Shown: positions 47,371 to 57,680 of the stretch, one piece after another | Numbering within the stretch: position 1 is the stretch's first letter | How the letters are laid out: every line of letters begins with the position of its first letter | NCBI GenBank assembly: GCA_964625685.1 | Contig: CAZVBO010000001.1 | Span: 69,249 to 133,248, forward strand | Origin: an uncultured Pseudomonadales bacterium | Lineage (GTDB): Bacteria > Patescibacteriota > Microgenomatia > UBA1400 > PJMF01 | Length of the DNA stretch: 64,000 nt | Direction of reading: 5' to 3' | The notes under the pieces: model-generated | Seen by the model: the letters and a program-made list of their open reading frames with translations, nothing else | The model's database searches: none | Told to the model about the DNA's origin: nothing | Made by a program: the position numbers and the translations under genes

Positions 47371-47418
47371 ACACAACATCTTGTGGTTGTAATCTCAATT
47401 TTGCACAACAAGTTGTTA
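47371..47418 (+). promoter_or_regulatory. Two tandem NrdR-box-like palindromes upstream of nrdR-nrdJ
   Basis: The boxes are ACACAACATCTTGTGG (47371-47386) and GCACAACAAGTTGTTA (47403-47418), compared with the NrdR box consensus acaCwAtATaTwGtgt. The box starts are 32 bp apart, about three helical turns. Confidence 0.5.
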
Positions 47419-47438
47419 TTCTTAACAGAAAGTCGGAA

Positions 47439-47888
47439 ATGAAATGCCCGTATTGTTTTAGTCCCAACACTAGTGTTGTTGACTCCAGAGAGGCGGAGGA
47501 TCAATCATCGATTCGACGACGTCGGAAGTGTGATGAGTGTAATAAACGCTTTACCACCTATGAACGAATCGAGGGGATTGATTTAAAAGTAATCAAGAAA
47601 GATGGATCAAAGGAGGACTTTAATCGCGAAAAATTACGGCGAGGTTTAGTAAAAGCTACTTGGAAACGACCAATTTCGATGGCGGATATTGAAGACCTGA
47701 TGGATGAGATTGAAATCAAACTTCGTCAGAAAAAAACAAATCAGGTCAAAAGCTGGGAAATAGGCAATTTGGTAATTAATCGATTGCGGAAACTGGATCC
47801 TTTATCTTACTTACTGTATGCCAGTGTTTATCGTGATTTTGAATCAATTGAAGATTTTAGCAAAGAAATTAATAAATTACTTGAATAA
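47439..47888 (+). CDS. nrdR: transcriptional repressor NrdR
   Basis: The zinc ribbon MKCPYCFSPNTSVVDSRE...CDECNKRFTTYERIE is followed by an ATP-cone. Confidence 0.9.
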   Translation: MKCPYCFSPNTSVVDSREAEDQSSIRRRRKCDECNKRFTTYERIEGIDLKVIKKDGSKEDFNREKLRRGLVKATWKRPISMADIEDLMDEIEIKLRQKKTNQVKSWEIGNLVINRLRKLDPLSYLLYASVYRDFESIEDFSKEINKLLE

Positions 47889-47905
47889 GACAGACTGGAG
47901 GTAGT

Positions 47906-50113
47906 ATGTCAGCACTTTTTAAAGGATCCCTGAAATCCAGTGATAAAGGGAAATTGCCCAAAAAACCAGTAAAGTTTATCGAGCGAAAGCTGGCAAAGGG
48001 TTTGGGAGAAGCTGTGGCAAAACGTACTTACCTCCGGGTGGATGAAAAAGGCCATCTCGAACCTTGGGCAGATGTGGCCAAAAGAGTAGCTGAAGGAAAC
48101 ACCGCTTTAATTCCTGATAGATTTAAAGCTGACCGAAAAGAAGAGTATGAAATTTTACGAAAGCATATTGCTACCGGTTCGTTGTTAATGAGTGGCCGTC
48201 ACCTCCAGCATGGAGATGCTTCTCAACCAGAACGGAACATGGAAGTTTTTACTAACTGTTCGACTGCGTCAAGTTCATTTCTTTTGTTTTATTTACTCCT
48301 CAATGGTTCCGGTGTAGGTCGAGCCTATGATGATGATTTAATGCTAGTGGATTGGGATAATATGCCCATTATTCACTGTGTACTAGATGAAAATCATGCT
48401 GATTTTATTTGGGGTGAGGATGAGAGTGTCCGAGATGCCAAACATAAATATGCCAAAGCATTTTGGTTTGAAGTGCCTGATACCCGTGAAGGTTGGGCGG
48501 AGGCTATTGAGAAGATTGAAACCATGTCTTATGAGAAAAAATATAAAGATGACATTCTCATTCTTGATTTCAGTAAAGTTCGTCCTAAAGGTTCCCCGAT
48601 TGGTGGCATGCAAAACCGGCCTGCTTCTGGGCCTCGACCTTTGATTCGTTCAATTCAGAAATTGGCTACGGTGAAAAACGCAGGGCTAGAACCCTGGAAG
48701 CAAACCATCTTTGTGGACCACTATCTAAGTGAATGTGTCTTGGTGGGCGGAGCTCGTCGAGCAGCTCGAATCGCGACCAAAACTTGGACTGATTCTGGTA
48801 TTTTTGATTTTATTTCCATTAAACGGGGGGGGTTCTTGTGGTCAGCGAATAACTCGGTAGCGGTGGATGATAAATTCTGGAAACAAAAAACTAAACACTC
48901 TCAAAAAGTTCTCGAGGCTATTTTGAAAGCCAGTTACTATGATAAAACTGGTGAACCGGGTTTTGTGAATCAACACAAACTGGTACAGAATGATGATGGC
49001 TTTGATGGATATCTGGATGGAAAATTTGCTCGAAGTAAGAAGTACAAACCAGCTCCTAAAACTGAAAAAATGTTAGCGGCCATTGCCAAGCATGCCAACT
49101 CCAAGTACTACACCCAAATTCCCAATCCTTGTGGTGAAATTACGCTGAATATGTTGGGTGGATACTGTGTGATTGCTGATGTAGTGCCTTACTTTGCGCC
49201 GGACGTGGATGCCGCTGAAGAAGCCTTCCGAGCAGCCACCAGAGCCTTAATTCGGGTCAATACCATGGATTGTTTATATACTCGTGAAGTGAAACGAACC
49301 AACCGAATTGGCGTAGGTATGACCGGGATTCATGAATATGCTTGGAATATGTTTGGCTATGGCTTTCGAGATCTGATTAACGAGAAAAAATCTCAAGATT
49401 TTTGGGATACGATTGCTCGCTTTAAAAGAGCCGTAGTGGAAGAGGCCGAAACCTATTCTAAAAAACTAGGTGTCAATGTACCTCATACCAATACCACCAT
49501 TAAACCCAGTGGAACGGTGTCTAAGCTCTTTGCTTTGTCTGAAGGAGCCCATTTACCGGCGATGCGCGAGTATATTCGGTGGGTTCAGTTTAGGTCAGAT
49601 GATCCAGTTATTAAAAAATATAAAAAATTAGGGTACCCCGTTAAAGAACTGAAAAGCTACCAAGGAACCACAGCGGTCGGTTTTCCCACTCAGCCTGAAA
49701 TTTGTAAATTAGGAATGAATGGAGAATTGGTCACAGCCAGTGAGGCTACTCCAGAGGAGCAATTCAAATGGTTAATGCTCTTGGAAAAATACTGGATTGT
49801 GGGAGTTGATGAAAATGGGAAACCTATGGAAGATACGGGAAATCAAGTTTCGTATACCTTGAAATATGATCCCACTAAGGTCAGTTTCAAAAAATTCTCT
49901 AATATGATTCGCAAATACCAGCCGTTGATCAAAACTTGTAGTGTCATGCCCCGAATTGATGTGACTGCCTATGAGTATCAACCGGAAGAGGCCGTCACGA
50001 TTGGTGATTTTATGAAAGTGATTCGTGAGATTTCGGCCAATGGTGATGCCGATATTTTAGAGGATATCAGTATGGAACAGTTGAAATGTGATAGCGGAGC
50101 TTGCCCGATTTAA
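47906..50113 (+). CDS. nrdJ: adenosylcobalamin-dependent (class II) ribonucleoside-triphosphate reductase, monomeric RTPR-like
   Basis: The 735-aa protein is similar in size and N-terminal pattern to the Lactobacillus leichmannii monomeric class II RNR, for example ...KRTYLRVDEKGHLEPWADVAKRVAEGN... It lies immediately downstream of nrdR. Confidence 0.7.
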   Translation: MSALFKGSLKSSDKGKLPKKPVKFIERKLAKGLGEAVAKRTYLRVDEKGHLEPWADVAKRVAEGNTALIPDRFKADRKEEYEILRKHIATGSLLMSGRHLQHGDASQPERNMEVFTNCSTASSSFLLFYLLLNGSGVGRAYDDDLMLVDWDNMPIIHCVLDENHADFIWGEDESVRDAKHKYAKAFWFEVPDTREGWAEAIEKIETMSYEKKYKDDILILDFSKVRPKGSPIGGMQNRPASGPRPLIRSIQKLATVKNAGLEPWKQTIFVDHYLSECVLVGGARRAARIATKTWTDSGIFDFISIKRGGFLWSANNSVAVDDKFWKQKTKHSQKVLEAILKASYYDKTGEPGFVNQHKLVQNDDGFDGYLDGKFARSKKYKPAPKTEKMLAAIAKHANSKYYTQIPNPCGEITLNMLGGYCVIADVVPYFAPDVDAAEEAFRAATRALIRVNTMDCLYTREVKRTNRIGVGMTGIHEYAWNMFGYGFRDLINEKKSQDFWDTIARFKRAVVEEAETYSKKLGVNVPHTNTTIKPSGTVSKLFALSEGAHLPAMREYIRWVQFRSDDPVIKKYKKLGYPVKELKSYQGTTAVGFPTQPEICKLGMNGELVTASEATPEEQFKWLMLLEKYWIVGVDENGKPMEDTGNQVSYTLKYDPTKVSFKKFSNMIRKYQPLIKTCSVMPRIDVTAYEYQPEEAVTIGDFMKVIREISANGDADILEDISMEQLKCDSGACPI

Positions 50114-50137
50114 ATCGTACGGAGTGAATATTAAAAA

Positions 50138-50165
50138 AAGAGCTTCCGAAAGGAAGCTCTTTTAG
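50138..50165 (+). terminator. Rho-independent terminator after nrdJ
   Basis: The hairpin AAGAGCTTCC-gaaa-GGAAGCTCTT is followed by TTAG after an A-tract, so it may be bidirectional. Confidence 0.6.
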
Positions 50166-50238
50166 TATCTAGATTGTATCAAAAGAAAGTTTGTGATTAG
50201 ATAAAGTGTAGTAGCAATATTTTGAGAAAAAGGAAAAT

Positions 50239-50595
50239 ATGGGAGAAGTAATCCCAGCACCGAGCGAAGTAAGTAGTAACATTTCAGCTCGTGAACAACT
50301 GACTCAAGAAGGATATCTCTATCTGATAACCGAGAAAGTTCAATCTGGTACTATTATTGGTAGAAGTTCAGATGACAAGATAAGCAATTTTATAAATCTC
50401 ATGGAACTTCCTGAAGAAGTTCGTGGCGGAGTGAATTTTATTTCTCATGAGCATGCTAAGTTAGAAATACAGACCAATGGATCCTGGTATTTATGGAATT
50501 TAGGAAGATATGGAACCAAACTTGAAGAGAAACAAATTGAAACAGCTCAAATTTTACACAATACTGATGTTTATACTTTAGCGGGTTTTTTTTGA
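50239..50595 (+). CDS. FHA-domain protein
   Basis: The FHA pattern is present: IGRSSD...ISHEHAKLEIQTNGSWYLWNLGRYGTKL...DVYTLAG. Confidence 0.5.
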   Translation: MGEVIPAPSEVSSNISAREQLTQEGYLYLITEKVQSGTIIGRSSDDKISNFINLMELPEEVRGGVNFISHEHAKLEIQTNGSWYLWNLGRYGTKLEEKQIETAQILHNTDVYTLAGFF

Positions 50596-50667
50596 ACTGA
50601 AAGTGAAACTGGATCAAGATAATAATTTGACAATTGGTTTTAAACCAGTTAAGCAATCAGTAAAAAG

Positions 50668-51786
50668 CTAAAGTCTCTTCCTCGGCTCACGATCAAGCTG
50701 GTTCACGTCTATCACAAACTCTTTTTTCAGATATTGGTAGTAACCGGCAAGGCCAATCATGGCGGCATTGTCACCACAGAGTCGTTTGGTGTAAGGGACT
50801 TTGAGTGTAAGTTGAGGCTGAGCAGAATTTCGTAATGTGTGACGGATCATGGCCCGAAGAGTCACATTCCCAGCAACACCACCACCCAACCAAACTTGAC
50901 CCGAAATAGGGGCAGTTTCTAATATTTTACTCAATTTATGAAGTAAATGCCTAAAGACCGCATATTGAAAGCTTGCACATAAATCATATATTTCTTGTTT
51001 TGTCAGTGGGTGATCCGCTTCTTCAGTTTCGATTAAGTTTCGGGCGTAAGTTTTGAGTCCCGAAAAACTCAGATTGTAATCATCAGAAGTAGTCATAGGT
51101 AGTGGAAAAGGATATTTCTGAGAGTTCCCTAATTTTGCAAACTCTTCCATCACCGGCCCAGCCGGATATCCTAAATCCAACATGCGACCAATTTTATCTA
51201 AGGCCTCTCCTGCCGCATCATCAATGGTGGTGCCCAGAATTTCGTAGCTCCCAATGTCCTTCACCAAAACAAACTCAGTGTGTTTTCCCGACACGACAAT
51301 ACTTAAAATGGGAAATAACGTATCGTCATCCTGATCCCGTTCTACAACGGGACAGGCTTGTTTCAGGATCTTCTGAGTTACAGAGTGTTTTTTTTCTTTC
51401 CTTTTTGCCAAAACTGATAAGATATGTCCTTCAACATGGTTAACCGCGATCAGAGGTTTGTCAGTTTTGATAGCTAAGTCTTGAGCGGCTTGAATTCCCA
51501 CCTCCAAAGCCGGTGCCAATCCCGGACCTTGGGTGACGGCAATAGCATCAATTTTAGCTAATTCTACTCGAGCTCTTTTGAGTGCCATTTGAATAGTTGG
51601 TTGGATATTTTCTTTATGGGCTTGTTTGGCCACGGTGGGGAAAACCCCTCCAAAAGGTTTGTGCAATTCAGTTTGAGAAGCGACGATGTTACTTAAAACA
51701 GTAACTCCTTGGGTGACAGCGGCAGAAGTATCATCACAAGAAGTATCAATACTGAGGAGGAGCGGTTCATTTGACATGTGATTCAC
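50668..51786 (-). CDS. tsaD: tRNA N6-adenosine threonylcarbamoyltransferase TsaD
   Basis: The segments LLLSIDTSCDDTSAAV and VAVNHVEGHIL are present, with the Kae1/TsaD fold motifs. Confidence 0.9.
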   Translation of the reverse strand: MNHMSNEPLLLSIDTSCDDTSAAVTQGVTVLSNIVASQTELHKPFGGVFPTVAKQAHKENIQPTIQMALKRARVELAKIDAIAVTQGPGLAPALEVGIQAAQDLAIKTDKPLIAVNHVEGHILSVLAKRKEKKHSVTQKILKQACPVVERDQDDDTLFPILSIVVSGKHTEFVLVKDIGSYEILGTTIDDAAGEALDKIGRMLDLGYPAGPVMEEFAKLGNSQKYPFPLPMTTSDDYNLSFSGLKTYARNLIETEEADHPLTKQEIYDLCASFQYAVFRHLLHKLSKILETAPISGQVWLGGGVAGNVTLRAMIRHTLRNSAQPQLTLKVPYTKRLCGDNAAMIGLAGYYQYLKKEFVIDVNQLDREPRKRL

Positions 51787-52927
51787 TCTCCTCGTGAATT
51801 GCTAACAGACGATCTTGTCCAGTTTCAGAAAAATCAATAATCAGTTGAGGCTGAATTTGAGGTAAAGCAAACTCAGCAATTTGATTCCACCATTCTATAA
51901 GCAGAATATTGTGGGGTTGAATTAACGGTGGGATTTCTAAACGGTCGAAGGTAGTTTGATCATCCACTTTCCACAAATCCAAGTGATAAAATTTGCCAGA
52001 CGTTTGATGACGAGTGTAATCGTATTCTTCAATGTAAGAGTAGGTGGGAGACTTAATTATATACTCAATTTTTAAAAATTTAGCGGATCCTTTAGCAAAA
52101 ATTGTCTTACCTATTCCTAGTGGTCCGTTGAGTCCAATCACCAATCCAGTCTCTTGAATTTGATTCCAATTTTTCAATAATAACCGTCCAGCAATATCTT
52201 CGGTTTCACTTGGACTGTGACTGGTGAGAGTAAAGGTAGGTTGATTATGGAGTTCGGCATCAGTGGTTTGCCGATCGCGCATGACGACCGGAGTTGAGAG
52301 GGTGGTATCAATGACCGTAGAAGGCGGATTGTGAGGTAGTTCGCCCGCATCTAAAACAAGATCAATGAGGTTTTGTTGCTTTTGGGAAAGACGATCGAAA
52401 ATATCTTGAACGGTGTAAGGCCTTTTTTCACCAGAAGCATTGGCCGAAGTTGCTGTGATGGGTTTGCCATAGGCTTCGACAATATCCAAGATGAGTTGAT
52501 AATCAGGAATTCGAATGCCTAACGTTCCAAACTCTGAGGCAACTCCAGTGGCAACTTTGTTTTTTGATTGGCAAACCACTGTGACTGGACCAGGCAGAAA
52601 CCGATCAAACAGTTTTTGAGCAGAAGGATTGACTTCAACATATTTGGCTGCCTCGGCTTGATTGGGGACAGCAATGGACATCGGTTTACCTTCTCGGCGA
52701 GATTTATAGGAGAGGAGTCTATCAACCGCCTGTTGATTAGTCGCATCTACTCCGGCCCCATAGGTAGTTTCAGTGGGGAAAATGACAATTCCCCCTGCTT
52801 GTAAAACTTCAACAGTTCGGGCAATGATTTTATCGGGTGAAGTTGAGTTGATGTCAATAATTTTCACTTGAGTATTATACAACGATGGGGTAGACCTGCC
52901 TGCTATAATAAATTCATGCATATACAT
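51767..52927 (-). CDS. fusion protein: threonylcarbamoyl-AMP synthase (TsaC/Sua5/YrdC domain) + TsaE P-loop domain
   Basis: The N-terminal YrdC-like region is IVIFPTETTYGAGVDATNQQAVDRLLSYKSR. The C-terminal TsaE-like region is LVIGLNGPLGIGKTIFAKG...YHLDLWKV. The ORF overlaps the tsaD start. Confidence 0.7.
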   Translation of the reverse strand: MYMHEFIIAGRSTPSLYNTQVKIIDINSTSPDKIIARTVEVLQAGGIVIFPTETTYGAGVDATNQQAVDRLLSYKSRREGKPMSIAVPNQAEAAKYVEVNPSAQKLFDRFLPGPVTVVCQSKNKVATGVASEFGTLGIRIPDYQLILDIVEAYGKPITATSANASGEKRPYTVQDIFDRLSQKQQNLIDLVLDAGELPHNPPSTVIDTTLSTPVVMRDRQTTDAELHNQPTFTLTSHSPSETEDIAGRLLLKNWNQIQETGLVIGLNGPLGIGKTIFAKGSAKFLKIEYIIKSPTYSYIEEYDYTRHQTSGKFYHLDLWKVDDQTTFDRLEIPPLIQPHNILLIEWWNQIAEFALPQIQPQLIIDFSETGQDRLLAIHEESESHVK

Positions 52928-52987
52928 GATGATTTGTTCTCACTTTTAAATTCAAACTCTACCTCATCTCTCAAGTCAGATTTATTT

Positions 52988-53257
52988 ATGAAGATCAATC
53001 AAATTCGAGGGATGTTGGATGAATTAGAAAAAGTGATGTTGCTTCCCAAAAAGAAAAAAGACAAGTGGGTGACTCAAAATTATGCTTTTTTGCAAGAGCT
53101 GATGGATGAATATTTAGATGACAGTGAAATGGTGTTTGAAGGGATTACACTCGACACTCAATCTCGAGAGTTGGCGGTGGAATACGTGACGAACTTACGT
53201 GACATGATTACTATTATGAAAAGCATCCTCCAGGGGAAAAACCAGCTGAGAGGATAG
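52988..53257 (+). CDS. hypothetical small protein
   Basis: The 89-aa ORF from ATG 52988 is helical and charged. An earlier start would overlap the divergent tsaC-tsaE start. Confidence 0.3.
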   Translation: MKINQIRGMLDELEKVMLLPKKKKDKWVTQNYAFLQELMDEYLDDSEMVFEGITLDTQSRELAVEYVTNLRDMITIMKSILQGKNQLRG

Positions 53258-53294
53258 GTATACTTTCAAGTAAGGAAAGTTTATAATCATTTTT

Positions 53295-53945
53295 ATGGAA
53301 CTTGATCGCTTAGTTGTCTCATTTTTTGTAGATGAAGTCGTAGGAGGCTTTTTTATTTCGGTACCACCAGGACACGTAGCCTGTGTGTATGATCGGGGTC
53401 GAGGTGTTTTACCCTATGTTTGGGGTCCTGGGCTGCATTTAAAAATTCCTTTTTGGCAAGTGGCTAAATTATTCAATGCGCAAGTGTTAGAGTTTTCGAT
53501 TCATAAGGGGTTTGATGCCTCTCGGAATAAAGAAGCTTTGGGTGATGAAGAGATTATGACCAGCACTCAAGATGGGCATGATATTACAATCGAAGGGTCC
53601 ATTCTTTTCCGGATAGACAAACAGAATGCTCCAGAACTGTGGGAAAATTTAGGTGACAATGTAGTATCTAAAGTGGTTCGCCCCTTTTCTCGAAGTCGAA
53701 TTTCAGCGGTGTTTTCTCAATTAACGTTAGATCAGATTAAGCAAAACCGAGCTCAAGTTGAGTTAATGGTCAAAGATGATCTTAATCATCATTTCCAAGA
53801 TCGAGGCTTAAACTGTGAAGGTTTCTTACTTTCCAAAATTGGAGTAATTGAAAAAGGCGGTCGGGAGAAAACTATTTTTGAAGAAGAAGTTAAACCGACA
53901 GCCCAAGAAGTGGCAGCTGATATTTTCCAAGCAGATGGAGAATAA
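53295..53945 (+). CDS. SPFH/Band-7 (prohibitin/stomatin-like) domain protein
   Basis: The SPFH core is present: VPPGHVACVYDRGRGVLPYVWGPGLHLKIPFWQVAKLFNAQ, followed by ...ITIEGSILFRIDKQNAPELWENLG. Confidence 0.6.
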   Translation: MELDRLVVSFFVDEVVGGFFISVPPGHVACVYDRGRGVLPYVWGPGLHLKIPFWQVAKLFNAQVLEFSIHKGFDASRNKEALGDEEIMTSTQDGHDITIEGSILFRIDKQNAPELWENLGDNVVSKVVRPFSRSRISAVFSQLTLDQIKQNRAQVELMVKDDLNHHFQDRGLNCEGFLLSKIGVIEKGGREKTIFEEEVKPTAQEVAADIFQADGE

Positions 53946-53949
53946 TTTC

Positions 53950-54050
53950 TTAAACTCCAAATCTCAAAATTCACCTGCCCGCAATGTTTTCAGCATAGCT
54001 GATGCAGGCGGGAATTCCAAACAAACTTCAAACTCCAAGTTCCAATCTTC
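53950..54050. repeat. Intergenic A/T heptad repeat locus R5: two CAAA-type arms (53950-53972, 54013-54050) flanking a GC-rich imperfect hairpin (53974-54012)
   Basis: The left arm is cttaaactccaaatctcaaaattc. The central hairpin is acctgcccgcaatg...gatgcaggcggg. The right arm is aattccaaacaaacttcaaactccaagttccaatc. Confidence 0.55.
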
Positions 54051-54191
54051 TGTAAACCTGTAACCTTTTAAACCTTGTTTGGTTTCTGGTTAGAATTCCC
54101 CTTTTCTAAAATGGGAATCAAGTGAGTAAAACGAACCTGATGGGGTATTTAAGTAGCTCCTTAAACACCTCTATCAAGCTTGCGCTTGATG

Positions 54192-54220
54192 TCTCCTCTT
54201 TAAGAAGAGGAGATTTTTAG
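54192..54220 (+). terminator. Rho-independent terminator (TCTCCTCTT-taag-AAGAGGAGA + TTTTT)
   Basis: A perfect 9-bp stem followed by a T5 run is visible between the SPFH gene/repeat R5 and the groES promoter. Confidence 0.5.
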
Positions 54221-54260
54221 CTTTTTGCTTCTGGTCTTACATTTTTTATTAATTCCCCTC

Positions 54261-54298
54261 TTGACTCTCAGTTAGCAGTCAATTAGGATAACTGCTAC
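54261..54298 (+). promoter_or_regulatory. groESL promoter (-35 TTGACT) overlapping a CIRCE-like inverted repeat (TTAGCAGTC-N9-AACTGCTAC)
   Basis: The CIRCE consensus is TTAGCACTC-N9-GAGTGCTAA, and 7 of 9 positions of each arm are compatible here. The -35 TTGACT lies at 54261-54266, about 60 nt upstream of the strong SD (AAGGAGAAAGCT) of groES. Confidence 0.5.
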
Positions 54299-54358
54299 TA
54301 TGACCGTATGGCGATCATAGTTTCTCTGTATTAATTTTTATCAAAAAAGGAGAAAGCT

Positions 54359-54667
54359 ATGTCTGATGACATGAATGTTTCTCAACTTCAACCCTTAGCT
54401 GGCTATGTGTTGGTGAAACCAGCCGAAGTTCAAAAGAAAACAGCTTCAGGAATTTATTTGCCTGAAAATGATTCCGAAAAACCACAGCATGGAGAAGTCT
54501 TAGCCTGTGGAGATGCAGTCTGGGAAAGTGGAGTGAAAGAGATCAAATGTCCAGTCAAAAAGGGTGATCACGTCATTTATAAAAAATGGGGTGGCAATGA
54601 TGTCAAAATTGGTGATGTCGAATACCAATTTTTGAAATTCGAAGATATTTTAGCAATAGTTAAATAG
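54359..54667 (+). CDS. groES: co-chaperonin GroES
   Basis: The GroES mobile loop/core LQPLAGYVLVKPAEVQKKTASGIYLPE is present in a protein of about 100 aa. Confidence 0.9.
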   Translation: MSDDMNVSQLQPLAGYVLVKPAEVQKKTASGIYLPENDSEKPQHGEVLACGDAVWESGVKEIKCPVKKGDHVIYKKWGGNDVKIGDVEYQFLKFEDILAIVK

Positions 54668-54728
54668 GTATTATCCCGCCTTCATTTCACTTCGGCGGGA
54701 TGACTTTCTCACTTAAAAATTGTAGTGA

Positions 54729-56378
<1,650 letters not shown>

Positions 56379-56392
56379 TTATGAATTGTCAT

Positions 56393-56460
56393 CCTGAACC
56401 GAGTCAGACTCGGTTCAGGATCTCATCGAGGCCCCTTGCCGTGAGTGGTGAGGGGCTTTT
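56393..56460 (+). terminator. Tandem hairpins after groEL: a 13-bp GAGTC-centred palindrome (56393-56419) then a GC-stem terminator with T-tract (56431-56460)
   Basis: The first hairpin is CCTGAACCGAGTC-aga-GACTCGGTTCAGG. The second is GCCCCT-tgccgtgagtggtg-AGGGGC followed by TTTTG. Confidence 0.6.
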
Positions 56461-56496
56461 GTATATTTCACCTTGAATCAGTATAATCAGAACACT

Positions 56497-56972
56497 ATGA
56501 GCCAAATTAAAGTAGAGAAACCAAGTCTCAACCAAATCCCAGAACTGATAGAACTGTGGAAAGCTCAATATCAATTCCATCATGACATTGATAGCGAGTA
56601 TCATGTAGCGGTTTCACCTCAGCTCGTCACAGAATTTGAGAGTTACTTCACTACAGCCATTCAAAAAGATGAGCCACATATTTTAATTACTCAAGATGAT
56701 ACTCAGATTGTTGGTTTTATTACTTTTAAAAAAGAGACGAATGAGTATCTTGATTCAAAGAGTATGGTGATATCTTAGAAGTGTTTGTTGATGATCATTA
56801 CCGGTACCAGGGAATTGGGAAGTTACTACTAGAACATGCAGAAAAGTTCTTCAAAGAAGAAGGTTTAAGTGTGTTGAGTTTGGAATGCTCTAGCATTAAT
56901 CCAAATGCCCTTTTGTTTTATGAACATTTAGGATTGGTAAATCGACAAACAGTGTTATACAAGCAGATTTAG
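56497..56972 (+). pseudogene. GNAT-family N-acetyltransferase interrupted by a single-nucleotide frameshift (two ORFs 56473-56778 and 56781-56972)
   Basis: Frame A ends at ...FITFKKETNEYLDSKSMVIS*. The -1/+1 frame reads FKEYGDILEVFVDDHYRYQGIGKLLLEHAEKF..., which is GNAT motif A (Q/R-x-x-G-x-G/A). The shift lies at about 56745-56760. Confidence 0.5.
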
Positions 56973-56973
56973 T

Positions 56974-57624
56974 TTATTTGTCTAATCTGATAACTCCATA
57001 GTTCATAGGAGTACCACTGCCTTCTCGACGATAAGAATAGAAAGTTTCGTTTTGATGGGCGGTACAGGCTTGAGCATCTAAAATGGTAACTTGATTGGGT
57101 TGAAAAACTTCCAGTATTTGGTTTTCGTTTTCGGTAATTAAATCATAATGTTCATTTGTGTGGCGATTAATTTGATAACACTCTTCACAAATTCTTGGTC
57201 CCAGCCAAATGGTCAGATTGCTATTGATATTCCAGGTACTTTTCATAATCTCTAAAGTTTTTTGCAAAATATGTTGCTGAGTGCCTTTTCTGCCAGCATG
57301 AACCACTCCAATCAGAGGCAACGGATGATAGAGTAGGATTGGGGTACAGTCAGCAACTCGAACGACTAAATTTACATCTTTCAAAGTAGTCAGCATGGCA
57401 TCGGTCTGGAGCAGTTTGAGGTGTGGGGGAAGTTGTTGAATAATTTCAATATGATCGCCATGCACTTGCTGCATTTGCAAAGTTCGGTGTGGATCTAATT
57501 TTTGATTTAGTAAGTTGTCCAGATCAATAAATTTATTGGTGAAGTAAGTGGAAAGTTGAGGGGCGGGGATGAAATTAGTAAGCATGGTGGAAAAAAAGTA
57601 GCAAGGGTGGGAGTTGTCAGCCAA
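56974..57624 (-). CDS. pgeF: YfiH/PgeF-family (DUF152) purine-nucleoside phosphorylase / peptidoglycan editing factor
   Basis: The conserved segments VADCTPILLY, VVHAGRKGT and C...CYQ are present in a protein of about 216 aa. Confidence 0.7.
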   Translation of the reverse strand: MADNSHPCYFFSTMLTNFIPAPQLSTYFTNKFIDLDNLLNQKLDPHRTLQMQQVHGDHIEIIQQLPPHLKLLQTDAMLTTLKDVNLVVRVADCTPILLYHPLPLIGVVHAGRKGTQQHILQKTLEIMKSTWNINSNLTIWLGPRICEECYQINRHTNEHYDLITENENQILEVFQPNQVTILDAQACTAHQNETFYSYRREGSGTPMNYGVIRLDK

Positions 57625-57680
57625 AGGCTGATCCCGCTTTGCGGGAAACCCCTACCTGTCTGTAGCAGCTTAATAATTTG

